NCBI GenBank assembly: GCA_043228905.1
Contig: JBHGNT010000017.1
Coordinates: 18,848,001 to 18,912,000, forward strand
From: Azolla caroliniana
Lineage: Eukaryota > Plantae > Polypodiophyta
Direction of reading: 5' to 3'
Length of the DNA: 64,000 nucleotides
In this document: positions 25,201 to 36,355 of the stretch, piece by piece
Numbering within the stretch: position 1 is the stretch's first letter
How the letters are laid out: each line of letters begins with the position of its first letter
Notes under the pieces: model-generated
What the model was told of the DNA's origin: nothing
The model's input: the letters and a program-made list of their open reading frames with translations, nothing else
The model's database searches: none
Translations under genes and position numbers: made by a program

Positions 25201-27088
25201 GATCTAACTATCAGACGGGGAAGCGGTGGAGGGCGAGGATTCATAAGTGGTGCAGGAGAGACTGAAATCCAATTGCAGAGGCGAAGGTAAGTTTCAGGAA
25301 GCTTGAACTACATGTTCTAACAACGATTCTATGTACAGCATGTGCATGTATGTAGAAGTGGACATTTTTTTAAACTGTAAACATTGAACCATAGAATTGC
25401 AGAAAGGAAAGATCGACTGACCACTATGCTGAAAGAAGTGAGGAGAACACGTTCATTGCACCGGAATGCTAGACGGAAACAAGGAGGCGGGCAAGGCAAT
25501 CGGATTCCAGTTGTTGCTGTTGTTGGGTACACAAATGCTGTACGTCTAGTTGGTACCAATGTTTTTGGCTTGCCAAGGAGCATTCTTTCATTCTATGACA
25601 TTTGAAACTTACACGCACAAATTTTTTCTGACTGCAGGGCAAGTCTTCTTTAGTTTCTGCTCTTTCCCGCAGTAAACTCTACATTGATGACAAGTGATTT
25701 ACCTCTCTTAGAGAAGACTCAATGACTTTTTAGTTTTTTGAACCATGCATGATTTCACTAATTGCCTATTGATGTGATTTGAAAAGGCTTTTTGCAACAC
25801 TCGATCCTCGATCACGGAGTGTAACTCTTCCTTCAGGGTATGATTTGCATATTTATATGGCATTTTCCGTGCTGTTTGTGTGGGAAGCTAATTGAGGGCA
25901 TCGTGTTTCAGCCAAACTGTCATTCTGAGTGACACTGTTGGATTCATTTCTGATCTTCCAATTCAGGTTTTGAAAATATTAAATACAATGAATCACTTTT
26001 TAATTTTTTACTAAAGCAAAGATGTCTGTGTGGAGTCTTCACTGTGTTTTTATCTTCTTATAATCCAGTTAGTAGAAGCATTCCATGCCACTCTTGAGGA
26101 GGTTGTTGAAGCAGACTTTTTACTGGTATAATACAAAAAAATCTTTAATGTTTAATGGTACAACTTTTAGGGCTTTCTGGTAATTTCTTCCCTTGGTGTT
26201 AAGCATGTAATCGACAGTAGTGCACCTAATGCTGAGGAGCAGAGACTGGCTGTGCTGCAAGTATTAGATAGTATTGGCGTATCAAAAGAGAAGATTATGA
26301 ATCGTATGATTGAAGTATGGAATAAGGTTTGTTTTAGTGTCTCTATGTATATGCCATTGTTTCTTTTTGTAGTGGAATATGTGTATTTGATTTTGCATCG
26401 ATATGTGTGAAATAAGATGTATTTTTTTTTTAAATAAGGAGATTAAATACTGTGTATGCATTTAGCAAGGAAGACTCATGGGCCTTAGTTAGAATTGTAG
26501 TATAACAAGCATCTTATGACATGGAAACAATTAAAGGTACATAATAAAACTATTATTATTATTGACTTGTTGTAACTAATATAAAAGTTAAACTACATAA
26601 GTCACATTATCATTCAATGATCAGTGTAACATGAATTAAGAACTAAACAAATGCGCAATTGTTGCATCTTTGTGAAGATTGATCTATCATCCAACTCACC
26701 TGCTGATGAAAGTGAAAGATTGAAGCTGGATGATCTGGAGAGCTCTCAAGATTCTCCTGCAAGTACGGCAATGGAAGAATATTCTGGTAATGATGGCAAT
26801 AATGAGGATGAGGATATAGATGATGATGATAATGATGAATGTGAGAATAGTGATGATGAGGGATGTGTGGATAATGATGAAGAGGCAATTGAAATTAATG
26901 AGTTTCAGAATGAGGATAATCTAGAAATGCTAGGTGTGCAAGAAAACACCAGTTTGAGCTGGTCCTCCAATGGAGTATCTCGCATTGGTACATCCGTCGT
27001 CGAGGGTACTGGGCTCAAAGAATTGCTCCAGCTCTTGGACAAAAATATCGTTCTGAGCCAAAGGCCTTGTTCTGAGATTGAGGCTTGA
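16214..27088 (+). CDS. hflX: Organelle-targeted HflX/GTPBP6-family GTPase, 13 exons: 16214-16763, 16889-16953, 21075-21137, 21212-21301, 21392-21504, 25215-25286, 25395-25539, 25638-25693, 25787-25837, 25912-25966, 26069-26125, 26204-26326, 26678-27088
   Basis: Spliced translation gives YFGTG, QQRNLE, VLDRVALIIEIF..HA.TKEARLQ, GAGETE, G1 GYTNAGKS, G2 LFATLDP, G3 DTVGFI, AFHATLEE, G4 NKID; splice phases consistent; R/S-rich N-terminal presequence; acidic insert in last exon. Confidence 0.93.
17373..17622. repeat. 130-bp tandem duplication in HflX intron 2
   Basis: CAGTTCTTTG..CGTATTGGGG..CATGCCATG at 17373 and 17503. Confidence 0.85.
17920..18562. repeat. Diverged ~300-bp direct repeat (period ~370 bp) in HflX intron 2
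   Basis: TGTGGGAATGTTAAAATTAAA..CCAGAAAGTAGCAAGCATGCAT..CATGTACACTCTACTAATCAC present twice. Confidence 0.8.
18565..19250 (+). mobile_element. Degenerate non-LTR retrotransposon (LINE/RTE-like) post-RT remnant
   Basis: FDMLVTPTLLYGVDTCG resembles the 'P.LLYG.E.WG' motif downstream of LINE RT; frame broken. Confidence 0.45.
19293..19939 (-). mobile_element. Orphan copia-type LTR in HflX intron 2
   Basis: TGTTG...CTAACA, followed by CTCCC (PPT remnant); internal GTGGAAACCCTA..GGGGAAAA motif resembles the copia B LTR; no TSD found. Confidence 0.7.
22800..25020. mobile_element. Cluster of LTR-like fragments in HflX intron 5, including two LTR-PBS units
   Basis: Approximate TG..CA blocks at ~22802-23463, ~23482-24038, ~24053-24415 (followed by PBS TGGTATCAGAGC, +) and ~24673-25018 (preceded by minus-strand PBS TGGTATCAAAGC). 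Confidence 0.6.
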
Positions 27089-29416
27089 TATTCATAGTAT
27101 ATGCTCATCATGTATGTTATGAAACTGGTATAATTGATTAATGCCCTGAAGAAGCATATTCGTACAAAATATCTGATGGTAACATCAATGCCCAAGGCCT
27201 CATACATACTAAGAGCACCCTGGAAAGAAGTATACTCCTTCAGTCATCCAAGTGTGTCCCCTAACATGAGGATGAATAAATCTTTTTCAATACAAGAAAA
27301 TTATGATTCCTCTCCTAGACTAAGATTTGTAGAAGCATATTATAGATGAAATACATCCTCACGTCCAATTATTGTGAATGCACTCAATCAAAATGCCAAA
27401 AAATGTGATGTTTTTTGACTGCCTTTACATACTATTGACCTATTATTATTATAGGGTAATCATTGTTGGTGAATGCTAGAATTTGAAGAGTTCCCTGGAT
27501 TGAAGGATTACACTCATTGAAGGTTAATATAAATGACCATGTGGTTCACAAGTTTCTAGTACGAAATGCATTCACTAACATGTAATTGGTGTAATAGTTC
27601 CTAGAGTATATGTGATGGAATGTACCATGGTTGATTTTAATGTTTGGCAATGCTTGTAATGACTCTTATCTCATGTTGATAATTTATGTTGGACGGTTTT
27701 CAGCTGCCTGAAATATATTTTAAAGATGTAATTGACAGTTTATGGCATAGTTTGTTTATTAGTGTTGTAGACATTGATGGTCTACTATTGAGAGCATTGA
27801 TAATGTCGATGTTAAGGGAAATAATTCCGTAGTCTTTTGGTTTTGATGACCATGTGAGGCCAAATGTATAAAAGAAACAGTCATATTGTAATATATGGGG
27901 ATTACCCCTTATTAGGTGGTAGTGAGCTTGCAAAGAAGTTTTAGGGTTTTGAACTTGTATAAAAGAGTAAAAGCTCTCATGCAAAAAAAGGCCCATTTTT
28001 GAACCAACTTGGGGTTTACTTTTTAGTCAGTATTCTCTCCTCTTATCGTTCACTACCCCACACATAGTTTTTTCACACTAATTAATTAGATGTAGATGTT
28101 TTTATTTCACAGTTATTTATTTAATGGAGACATCTTGTACATTCTTTATTTAATGTTGATTTATTTAATTGAAACAAACCTTAACGCATTTAAATCTACA
28201 TCCATAGATGAATTGATGGGGTGGGATTGCCATTGATGTTATGAGGTTTCCTTAAGGTTATGTCCATAATACTTGTGCTCGTAACATCCAATGAAAAAGT
28301 ACTTGTTTGACCCGATTAATACCCAACCCATATATTCTTTTGATGTTGTATCATGAGGACTACCCACAATACTAGATCCAAAATAGTACCCTTCATTGAT
28401 GACCTCATCCATAATTATTCTAGAGAAGGTTTATAACATAGCTTGCCATTGATTTCCATCCATTGTAAGTGTCATCTAGGTTGTGCCATAGAGGTCTAGT
28501 TTATAAGGACGTTTCATCAATGGGCTCCTAGAACCATTTAAGAGGACACGTTGACTCAAGGTTGACATATCCCTTTGATGGGTTTGATCTCATAATCTCT
28601 TTGCATTGAAGAAGGTATCTAACCATACCATTTCAATATTGAGAACCATGACCTTGGTCTTCTGTAAACACTAGAGAATCTCTGCATGTCTTCCTTGTTG
28701 CTCTCTTGAGAACAAAATATGTTCTTGAAGTGCAATGCGAGAAGCAATGTATAGGGCTCCAATGGGAGCAATGTCTCATGATTGCGTGTAGTTGCAGACT
28801 ATTAGTGTATGCTAACTCTTATCTAAAATGCTACGGTACTATGGTAAGTATAGCTATGTATATGTTGTATAAGCTATAGTTTTAGTTTGGATCTTTCGTG
28901 GCCATAACCTGAGCCCTCTTTCCTTTTCTATTCTATGGACGACACACACACACCCAAATTATTATTAAGAGGCAAGCCCTTCCTTATGTGTTTGATGTGT
29001 TGTGACATCTAAAGAAGAGGTGGACGAGAAAACACTCAAGATGTAATCTCTTATTTGGTCTTATAGGCCATTTTGGCCTCTTAAAAGACGATAATCTCGC
29101 TCTCTCTCTCTCTCTCTCGGGGTTAAGGTACGTGAGCTTTCTCATGTATTGTGTGTGCGCCATTGCCTTCAGATTTGCCATATGTATGTAAGTTTAGAAG
29201 AAAACAGAGGTAAGAACCGACCGGCGGCCGACCAGATGTGTAATGTATAATGTTACAAGTTACATATCATGAATGTGTAAATTGTAAATTGTAATATATA
29301 TGTATGTATGTGGGTTTAGGGTACATACATATGTAGCTCTGCTTGCGAACTAAGTCTGAAGCGCCACTGACACACAGAGGCAGAGACAGAGACAGAGACA
29401 GAGACAGAGAGTAGGC

Positions 29417-32257
29417 ATGGTGACGGAGCCGATTGCTGCTGCCTACGAGACCCGTTTGCTCATGGTCTCCCTCGCAGGAGAGAGGAGACCTTGTGATTCG
29501 TCTTCAGAGCGCAGCAGCAGCAGCAGCAGCAGGGGCTTGAGTCGTGGAGGAGGCAGTGATAGTGATTTGGATGGAGCGGTTGAGGAGTTAATTCGAGAGC
29601 TGGAGAGGGGCACATTCGTGGACGCGTTGCGATCACAGGCAGTGAAAAGACTGCTTCTGTGGGAGGGCTCTCCGAACCCTTCGGCTAAGAATCCGCACGA
29701 ATTCTATCGTGCCCTAGCCTCTCACCTCAATTCTTTCCTCGAGATTAAGGATGAGGAGAGTGAAGAAGGTCCTAGACACATGAGATGTTTGTTAGTTCTG
29801 GCGGTTGGTATTTCGTTCCTGCTTGCCTTCTGGCAGGCTAACGTTACCGGGCCGTCTGCTGCTTTCCCATCTTTCCGGTCCCTCATTGTGCCTTGTGAAA
29901 TGGAGTCTACAACAGAGAGGGAAGAGGAAGATGCTTGGAATGCATGGGCCAAGAAAGAGCTTATGGTTGATGGTTGTGACCTTATAGGTTCTTGCTCCAT
30001 CCCTCAATACCTCATTGTGGCCAACCTTTTGTTAGTTGAATCTCTTCAGGGATTGAAAAAGAAATCCGATAAAGATCTTCCCTTCACTACAAGCTGGTGG
30101 GCATGTAGAACGCATTATGCACATCAACGGATATTAGCAGAGCGCTCATCTTCATTGTATAAAGCTTTTACTGCTCTTGAAACTGAGCTCCTTAACTTGA
30201 ACTGGGAAAACCTGGATGAAGCATTTGTACATACTATGAAACCAGCAGTGCAGTTAGAATTTGGACTTGCAAAGTATGCATATGGCCATTTAGATCATGC
30301 TAGACATTTGTTCTCCGAAGCCAGAGAGGCATGTGGCCTTCAGCTCCATCTAACAGGCATACTTGGTTATCGAACAATTCATCAAGCTGAACCAAAAGCT
30401 CAGATGGTGCTACTTGCAAACTCTGAATCAAAAGTAAAGGAGAGAGTCAACCCGGAGAATGTAAGTGAAAATAATAATACTAACGGTGCAACATTTCTCA
30501 GTGAGAATGGAAGTGAACATAATCAATCTAGTGATGAGACCAATAATATGCATGGAGAGTCAGACATCTTAATGATTCCAAAGCTTGTCAGTGATGACAA
30601 AGATAAAGTGGATGATAAAGGGTTGAGTAGCTTCCAGCAAGCAGTAATATTGGCCCACTGTTTGGATGTCAAGAAAAGTAATCCAGATGATGAAATGAGA
30701 GGATGGCAGATGGCACCTTTTATTGAAGCAGTGGATTCCCAGCAGTCTTCAAAATTTATGATCAGAGTTTGTTGTCAGTTGTTTCGTATTCGTTGGGAAT
30801 GCACCAGAAGCCGTACAAAGCAGAGAGCACTTGTGATGCTGGAGAAACTTATTGAAGATATGCGTGGAAATTCTTCTTCTGAAATGCAGGAACGTATGTG
30901 CTATTCCTTCTGTGTCCAGTTTCCTACTGTTGCGGTCTTGCGTAAAGAGTATGCAGAAATGTTGATAAGCTTAGGTCTGGTTCGTGAGGCCCTGCCAATC
31001 TTTGAGGAACTCGAGCTGTGGAACAGTTTGATCGATTGCTATTGCCTTTTAGAAAAGAAGTCAGTTGCCACGAATCTTATAAAGAAACGATTGGAAGAGC
31101 AACCTGAGGATCCCAGGCTTTGGTGTGCGCTAGGTGATGTGACACTCAATGAGGATTGCTATTTGAAAGCTTGGGAAGTGTCTAGACATAGATTTGGCCG
31201 AGCTCAAAGGTCTTTGGGGCGTTCTGCATATAATAAGGGTGAGTATGTGAGGTCTGTCAAACACTGGCAAATTGCCCTTGCCCTTAACCCAATGCATCCA
31301 GATGGATGGTTTGCATTGGGCTCAGCTGCACTAAAAGCTAGAGACCTTGACAAGGCTGTAGATTCTTTCACACATGCTGTGCAGCTTGATCCAGAGAATG
31401 GGGAGGCATGGAATAACATTGCAGCTATTCACATAACCAAAAAGAAGAGTAAACCAGCATTTGTTGCATTCCGTGAAGCTCTCAAGTTTAAACGTAGAAG
31501 CTGGCAGATGTGGGAGAATTATGCTTATGTGGCACTGGATATACGTAATTTTGCACAAGCCATTGAAGGATTCAACATGGTTCTTGACTTATCTCAAGGG
31601 AAGCGAGCTATTATAGATGGCCTCACAAAATTAATAGAAGAAGTAGAGGGCAAAATTAACCCTGCAGGATGTGATAGTGATGGGACAATCCCTGAAGAAT
31701 TAATAGAAGTAGAGGGCGGAGTTGACACTGCTGGATGTAATAGTGATGGTTCAATCCCTGAAGAAAACTGCAAAAGTCCAGAGGATACTTCAGTTGCTGA
31801 TAACACTCATATGGGAGCTTTTTCCAAGAGTGGTTTAGATGACCTAACACAAAATACAGTGCCAAGAGAGTGGTTGTTGACTCAAGTTGGCAAGTTGTTA
31901 TCTAAAGCTATCCAGTCTTCCCAAGATGGTTTGATTTGGGGTCTTTCGGCTCGCTGGCACAGAGTCAAAGGAGATTTGGTGATGTGCTCGGAAGCTTTGC
32001 TTAAGCAGGTTCGTAGTTTGCAAGGATCAGCGTGGCAGAATAATATAGACGAGTTTCAAAAGCTTTGCCAGGCTTCATTGCAGCTCTGTGATGTTTATAT
32101 GGAAGCTAATTTGAAAACTGGAAGCAAAAAAGAGCTGTATTCAGCTCAGATGTTGTTAAAAAATCTTCTGAAACAGGGAGCAGCATTTTCTAATACAGAT
32201 AATTATGCTGCAATAGAAAAGTGTCTTTCTGATGTTCAACATCAAATTTCAAAATGA
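29417..32257 (+). CDS. TTC27: Tetratricopeptide repeat protein 27 (TTC27/EMW1) homolog, 946 aa, single coding exon
   Basis: Uninterrupted ORF; motifs QANVTGP, LTGILGYRTIHQ, PRLWCALGD, TPR array (LALNPMHPDGWFALGSAAL, DPENGEAWNN, WQMWENY). Confidence 0.88.
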   Translation: MVTEPIAAAYETRLLMVSLAGERRPCDSSSERSSSSSSRGLSRGGGSDSDLDGAVEELIRELERGTFVDALRSQAVKRLLLWEGSPNPSAKNPHEFYRALASHLNSFLEIKDEESEEGPRHMRCLLVLAVGISFLLAFWQANVTGPSAAFPSFRSLIVPCEMESTTEREEEDAWNAWAKKELMVDGCDLIGSCSIPQYLIVANLLLVESLQGLKKKSDKDLPFTTSWWACRTHYAHQRILAERSSSLYKAFTALETELLNLNWENLDEAFVHTMKPAVQLEFGLAKYAYGHLDHARHLFSEAREACGLQLHLTGILGYRTIHQAEPKAQMVLLANSESKVKERVNPENVSENNNTNGATFLSENGSEHNQSSDETNNMHGESDILMIPKLVSDDKDKVDDKGLSSFQQAVILAHCLDVKKSNPDDEMRGWQMAPFIEAVDSQQSSKFMIRVCCQLFRIRWECTRSRTKQRALVMLEKLIEDMRGNSSSEMQERMCYSFCVQFPTVAVLRKEYAEMLISLGLVREALPIFEELELWNSLIDCYCLLEKKSVATNLIKKRLEEQPEDPRLWCALGDVTLNEDCYLKAWEVSRHRFGRAQRSLGRSAYNKGEYVRSVKHWQIALALNPMHPDGWFALGSAALKARDLDKAVDSFTHAVQLDPENGEAWNNIAAIHITKKKSKPAFVAFREALKFKRRSWQMWENYAYVALDIRNFAQAIEGFNMVLDLSQGKRAIIDGLTKLIEEVEGKINPAGCDSDGTIPEELIEVEGGVDTAGCNSDGSIPEENCKSPEDTSVADNTHMGAFSKSGLDDLTQNTVPREWLLTQVGKLLSKAIQSSQDGLIWGLSARWHRVKGDLVMCSEALLKQVRSLQGSAWQNNIDEFQKLCQASLQLCDVYMEANLKTGSKKELYSAQMLLKNLLKQGAAFSNTDNYAAIEKCLSDVQHQISK

Positions 32258-33199
32258 TTATACAGTTCCATGCAATCCATTTGCAAGGAACAAGCTGTTA
32301 TTTCAAGTGTGCTGGTTCTACTGGTTTTGCTAATTTGTCAGTTTTTTGCCTTATATCCTTGTTTCCTTTCATAAGCAGTTTCTTAGTTCCTAGGGAAGTT
32401 CTTTCTCTTGGGTGAAGAAGACTTGAGTCGTCATACCCCCCAAGTATTACCATGTTCAGTGCCCTCTATAAGTCAAGCCATCAGAAATAGCAATTGGTCC
32501 CATTATCCCCTGGTCCGTTGATCATATTTAAGCCATGAAATTGGAACTTTTGCATGCATTCAATTTGTGGGGAAACAACCTTTAGCGCTATGAAACTTCT
32601 TAGTTCCCCTGGTAGATTTGAAATATCTTGTTCTCCTTATTGTCGAGAAGTTTTCTAATTGGGATGTTCTGTTTTTTATTTGGATATTCTTGACCCTGAA
32701 GTACCAGGTTTTAATGTGCCATGCTAGCAAAGCCTTGGGAAATAGTGATTGGCATCACGCAAGTGAAGCTCTCATTCATTTAGTGTAAATTGGATTTGCA
32801 CGAGAATAATTTAGTTTTGGGGGTCTTCATTATGCTGCACATTATTCACAGAAGTTATTAATCATTTTTAAATTTTGCTAGAGGAATTTATGTGCTTTTG
32901 GGTGATGAGGTAATAAAGGGTTATGACCTCAAAACGAAAACTTTGCTAGAGGAAATCTTACAGAAAACAGCATCACGGAATCATAAAACCAACATGCAAT
33001 GGAGAACCCTAATGCTCGATTCAAACGAAATGATAGAAATGCAAAATAGTAAAACACCACATTGCAAGTGCATATTGCTGCATTCTATCTGGTATTTAAT
33101 TCATTCAGAGAGAATCATTATTTGTTTTTGAAGAGAATACCAAAACAATCTGCCACCCTCTCACCCAGAGAATGTAATGGGAGTCTAGAAATCAAAGAT

Positions 33200-33412
33200 G
33201 AGGTACGAAGTTGCACATAAACAAGAAGCACCCTTAGGTGAGTCCTCACTTGCAAAATCATTGATTGAATTTGTACACCAAGAATCAAACTCTATGAGCA
33301 AGCAGGAGGTGAACGAAGTTGCACATAAACAAGAAGCACCCTTGGGAGCCCTCACTTAGAAAATCATTGAATTTGTACACCAAGAATCGAATGTTAGGAG
33401 CAAGCAGAAGGT
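33200..33412. repeat. ~107-bp diverged tandem duplication downstream of the PsaK stop
   Basis: ACGAAGTTGCACATAAACAAGAAGCACCCTT..GAATTTGTACACCAAGAATC..GAGCAAGCAG occurs twice. Confidence 0.85.
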
Positions 33413-33506
33413 CAACTTGCATTTCGTACATTGAAGGGTGATTTGTTTTTTTCTAGAAAGTACATTCCATACATGGATCTAAAGACTGCCATGAGGCAGA
33501 GAGGGC

Positions 33507-34028
33507 TTAGATAGCTCCAATGGCACGAAGACCTAGAACAACGCCGACACCAATGACATGGCCGACAGCACCACATGCAAGAGTATCAGCACCAGTGAAT
33601 CCTGCGGGGTCACCTGTCTGAAGGCCTGAGTCCCGATCTTGTAGCTTGAGACCAGCAGAGGCCTTGCGGTTAGCTGAAGGAGCCAATCCAAACCGCCCAG
33701 CAAAAAGCATGGCAGCAGTAGATGCCACCATTATCTGTTACATAGACATAGACATAGACAGCAGCAGCAGCAGCAGCAGAGGTTTTATCATCATGTAGAA
33801 GATAGTTCTAAATCCAATACGCATGTTTTCAATCCACTAACTAACTAAATATGCAGAAACCATACACTAAGTCAAGTGTGTGTTTTTAGTTTGTCACTAC
33901 CAAAGGGATGATGATCCAAGTCTTACCACGTTGGTGGAAGAGCCGATATAGTCACAGCGAGCACCCAAAGCACCCTTACCACGAACAGATAAGCTGGGCA
34001 GGGCCGGCTGCAATGAGGAACGAAACAT

Positions 34029-34073
<45 letters not shown>

Positions 34074-34185
34074 ACACACACACATGTATATGTACCTGCA
34101 AAGGAGAGGTTGGTCTGGCCTTGAGACCTTCGAAAGTGGCACAGAAGGTGCTGCTGGTGGTTGCTGCTGCAGCAAGAGAAGCCAT
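33507..34185 (-). CDS. psaK: Photosystem I subunit K precursor (132 aa), exons 34185-34096, 34007-33927, 33734-33507
   Basis: Transit peptide ..GALGARC, mature [49 protein letters not shown]; GT-AG, phase-0 introns. Confidence 0.97.
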
Positions 34186-34365
34186 TTTGATTGTGTATAG
34201 TGCTCCTACGGTGAGATCCTGCCTCTTTCTCTCTGTCTCTGTTCTCTAGTCTCTGTCTCTGTCTCTGTCTTTGCTTCTGTCTCTCAGTCCTGCCCTTCCA
34301 CAGAGACTAGAGAAGAGGCCACAAAGATTTTGTATGTGAATGGCCCCTTAATTTTTTAGCCTCAT

Positions 34366-34532
34366 CCACGTGGCATGCATTTCATGGCCTGCCCTTATCC
34401 AGAAGAGAATCTGGATAACCCGCCCAATGATACACATCCCCCCCCCCCCCCCACCCTTCTCTTTCCTTCTTCATCTTTTTGTTTTGCTTTCACACACACT
34501 GCTGCCCCCACAAAAAATCTGTCTGGATAAGG
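34366..34532 (-). promoter_or_regulatory. Light/clock-type promoter module of PsaK
   Basis: G-box CCACGTGG (34366-34373), I-box GGATAAGG (34393-34400 minus; 34525-34532 plus), CCA1-type site AAAAATCT (~34513-34520), within 180-350 bp of the ATG. Confidence 0.65.
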
Positions 34533-34758
34533 AGGCGTATCGTAACACTTCAACAATTTCCAGGTCCATCCCAGCCCTAGATTCAATTGTTCATAGCATT
34601 TATGAACCTGAGGTCAAATTGAAACGAGCCCCCCCCCCCCCCCCCCCCGACCCCCACTCAAATGACACGACTTGCAGTACACGATGTGACAGTGAATTAC
34701 CGGTTTATTTCTCCTATTCATCGTTTATACATAGCTCGCTAGCATTTTATATTGTATA

Positions 34759-34907
34759 TAGCAATTGACAATGGTTCACGAAACAATGGCTTAATGGCTA
34801 AATGGTTTAAACGCTTCGGTTTCAATTGAAATGGTTCAGTTTAAGTTCCAATTTTTTTTAAATTGTTCGAGTTTGACAATCTCGATATGAACTATTGCCG
34901 ATTGTTA
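34759..34907. mobile_element. Short degenerate MITE, same TIR family as 54776-55221
   Basis: TAGCAATTGACAATGGTTC...GAACTATTGCCGATTGTTA imperfect TIRs; TSD ambiguous. Confidence 0.5.
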
Positions 34908-36317
34908 TTGTCTACAAAATGACAGAGGAAAATGTTTATAAAGACATGGATTCCTATGTGCCCAAAAAGGTCGTAAATTGTTGCTCTACATTCTCTATCA
35001 TTATATTCTCTTTACCTTGTTGATGTTTAGGATCTCAAACAATATTCTGCCACCATTTTCAGTTGCTTTCTTGAAACTTCCACTCAATTGTTATCTCAAA
35101 GTGTGAATCTTGGTAAATATGTCTCATCTATATTTCGTAGAGCCAAGCAATATACGTTCTATTTTCACATTCCAAAACACATCTACAATTATATAGCGTT
35201 GTAACTTGTGACTAATGTAATAACACACTAGACTCTACATTTGCAAACTGAATGGTGAAGGAAATTAACAAATGGGCATATAAACACAATATAACTAAGC
35301 ACCAATTTCAAACCGAAACACTTCACAATAGACTATCCAATCACCTTGAGGTCATAATTGAAGAGAACCAACTCTACCGTTCATTTATTTTCTTGTGAAT
35401 TTCAAACAAGGTTTTGATACAGTACCAAAATAGGAACTTGGAAAATGTACAGCAAAAGTTGGCATAGGTAAGGAATATGAGACGTCTAGTACCACATCTC
35501 TACGACCTAGTGTGATGCATGATAACACAACATGGTTTTTCATGTTGATTGAGAACCAAGATGTCCGCTCCCCATCACTTGGCATATACATTGACCTTTT
35601 TTGTATTCTACGAGTGGGACAGACTGCAACTCTTGAGAAACAACGTTACGTGGACATGGAATAATAGTAGGTGTCATGCAAACGATTTGATACTCTTCTC
35701 GCAAGATGTTAATTTTGTTTAATGTATATTCCATACTGCTGAATATTGTTGCAATAAATCTCTCTGCAAGCATAGGTAAGACAATGTATGGTCGTCAAAT
35801 CCAAGCAAACAAATGGTACTCTTACAGAGGCAAAGCTATCGAACCTGTGAGCTCTTTCGGGAATTAATGATCTGGGATACCAAGCACATGATAGATCATC
35901 AATGGAATGCCAATTGGCTTAGCAACTTCACCTGTAAGTCTAGATGTAATTTCAGTAACCTTTATAAATGGCAGACAGATTGGATACATAAGTGCACCAA
36001 TAATTCGAACATTTATTTATGGGTGTGGAGCATGCCACCGCTGGAGGAAAAAACCAACATATTCAACTATATGACTTTATGAGAATTCATAACTCGCCAA
36101 TATGGATACATTGCCTACTATTCTAGACACACGGTGCAATCACATGTAAGACGAACAAAGCAAAATTCTCTCTTTTAGTTGGGCATGCTGCACATGCAAA
36201 CGGTTCAGTAATGGAATATGAAGTGGTATTTCGGCTATCTACCAATTATATGTTCACAATGGGTATTGACTCATGTGCTGTTAGAATAGCTCAGTACAAT
36301 CACTATCACAAGCTTCG

Positions 36318-36355
<38 letters not shown>

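Noticed and set aside
27500-28900. Possible retroelement remnant between HflX and TTC27
   Set aside because: No diagnostic motif or termini could be verified by eye.
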